The notes beneath the pieces are model-generated. The model searched no databases. It was not told the DNA's origin and was given only the letters and a program-made list of their open reading frames with translations. Shown piece by piece: positions 63,152 through 64,000 of a stretch of DNA of 64,000 nucleotides. The stretch's first letter is position 1. Each line of letters starts with the position of its first letter. The stretch is taken from positions 1 through 64,000 of IMG/VR virus record IMGVR_UViG_3300045972_000084, one strand, 5' to 3'. Position numbers and translations under genes: made by a program. Source of the stretch: a virus.

Positions 63152-63343
63152 TCAAAGCGTAGCCCTTTGTGCCAGGGCATCACTTATTTCACCGTTGCGA
63201 TGCAGGTATTCGACAAAGCTGCAGAAAGCTACGCGTACATCTGTGCTGTATTGATTTTGCTTCCATGCTCCATGCTTCAGATAGCTGTTACGGCTCCAGA
63301 ACTGGTTGCGAATTTCTTTCTGAGTGATGATGCTGTAGTTCAT
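63152..63343 (-). CDS. Hypothetical small protein (63 aa)
   Basis: ORF. Confidence 0.45.
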   Translation of the reverse strand: MNYSIITQKEIRNQFWSRNSYLKHGAWKQNQYSTDVRVAFCSFVEYLHRNGEISDALAQRATL

Positions 63344-63420
63344 GATGCTTTCCCTGTTGCTTTAAGAATTGCTGCGCGGGCAACAATCAGTGGACCATCT
63401 GCTCCCTCGGGGGTTGGAAG

Positions 63421-63651
63421 CTAGCCCATAGTCAGCTCGGCAATTTCGACCATCTGCTTAAGAGCATCAAGTAGATCTGGAGTTGCAGCTATCAACTTTG
63501 CATTTGCAATGGATAGCTCATCGTCCCCAGAAAGTTCAATCCCAGTCAGTGCAACTACACTGAATGGAGAAGAAGTAACTCCGTAATGGACTCGGCTGTC
63601 GTCTTTAACAAGAACACGACCAAACGCCCATGGTCCAGGTGAATGTTTCAT
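63421..63651 (-). CDS. Hypothetical protein (76 aa) with GPW ... ANAKLIAATPDLL motif
   Basis: The internal ATG gives ATGA coupling. The motif is common in small phage proteins. Confidence 0.5.
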   Translation of the reverse strand: MKHSPGPWAFGRVLVKDDSRVHYGVTSSPFSVVALTGIELSGDDELSIANAKLIAATPDLLDALKQMVEIAELTMG

Positions 63652-63929
63652 GCTGCAATCCTCCGGTGAATAACGAGCTGCGCGCCGCGCTTCCATTGAC
63701 ACTTATGGACATAGTCCTCAAGTACCTTGGAGCTGGCGAAGTCTGTGATGACGAACGACTCGTCTTCCCAGGTAACTCCGAGCTGGCCTTTACCGTGGCG
63801 TTCATCAAGGTAGACATCCACCCTAGTGGGTTGCACACTGCGAGAGCGGGCGACGATGCCGCGCAGGTTGCGGCTCTTTGCGATGACGTTCAGGTCACGG
63901 TCAAGAATTTTGATCACGATGAGCTCCAT
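63648..63929 (-). CDS. Hypothetical protein (93 aa)
   Basis: ORF. Confidence 0.45.
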   Translation of the reverse strand: MELIVIKILDRDLNVIAKSRNLRGIVARSRSVQPTRVDVYLDERHGKGQLGVTWEDESFVITDFASSKVLEDYVHKCQWKRGAQLVIHRRIAA

Positions 63930-64000
63930 ATTTGTAAATTGGTTTGACGTGTGATGAGTGGTGTATGGTTGTCACCTTTCCATCTGAATGGATAACGCGG

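Larger units (their letters stand above)
1..64000. mobile_element. Temperate tailed-phage genome segment (late operon, attP/int, early operon, immunity region)
   Basis: Contiguous phage modules cover the whole window and no recognisable host housekeeping genes are present. An att-like tRNA fragment has phage genes on both sides. Confidence 0.9.

Noticed and set aside
63076-63153. 32-codon TTG-initiated TM peptide between 63,075 and 63,152 (minus strand)
   Set aside because: It is open and hydrophobic (NHRKLNLILAAAYLVAVVIFALDIFKWRIG) and is TTGA/ATGA-coupled on both sides. However, it has a non-ATG start and a weak RBS, so it is too uncertain to list as a feature.

Overview
The window reads as one temperate tailed-phage genome segment of about 50% GC. 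It appears to be in the attP (unintegrated or circularly permuted) configuration, not a prophage flanked by host DNA.

Layout:
- 1-44,450 (+): one long late operon. Order: partial upstream gene, portal, scaffold, HK97-type major capsid, a capsid-associated protein, about 10 small or medium virion proteins, a 4xLamG fibre, a 20-residue-repeat fibre, a lysis cassette (GH19 endolysin, holin-like protein, embedded Rz/Rz1 spanins), two very large tail proteins, internal/ejection proteins, a lytic transglycosylase and a single 13-kb ORF (4,342 aa).
- 44,347-45,378 (-): a small membrane-protein moron operon.
- 45,411-45,563: an attP-like region. It has a tRNA 3'-end fragment flanked by four CAGGGA(G/A)AT arm-type repeats.
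- 46,085-59,523 (-): the leftward early operon, headed by a Cro-like gene. It carries replication initiator, RNA ligase, LexA-DBD-only protein, YbcN/YbcO-like, Erf, YqaJ exonuclease, SSB, RdgC, KTSC, NrdR-like zinc ribbon, dUTPase, Xis, tyrosine integrase and an HNH gene.
- 59,592-60,281 (+): a CI-type S24 repressor.
- 60,250-63,929 (-): accessory genes convergent on cI, including a cassette built around an HDAC-family deacetylase.

No terminase, replicative helicase or polymerase lies in the window.

The gene order, together with a >4,000-aa virion protein following an SLT protein, recalls Bcep22-like podophages. That is from memory, not a search.

The most interesting items are:
- the giant polyvalent-type protein and its ART-like and zincin modules;
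- the HDAC-centred cassette beside the immunity switch;
- two truncated host-regulator DNA-binding domains (LexA N-terminal domain, NrdR-like zinc ribbon);
- an Rnl5/DRB0094-type RNA ligase;
- a family of three near-identical early promoters, two of them leaderless;
- an orphan promoter-terminator unit that could be an sRNA.

All product calls rest on motifs I recognise by eye. No database search was possible.
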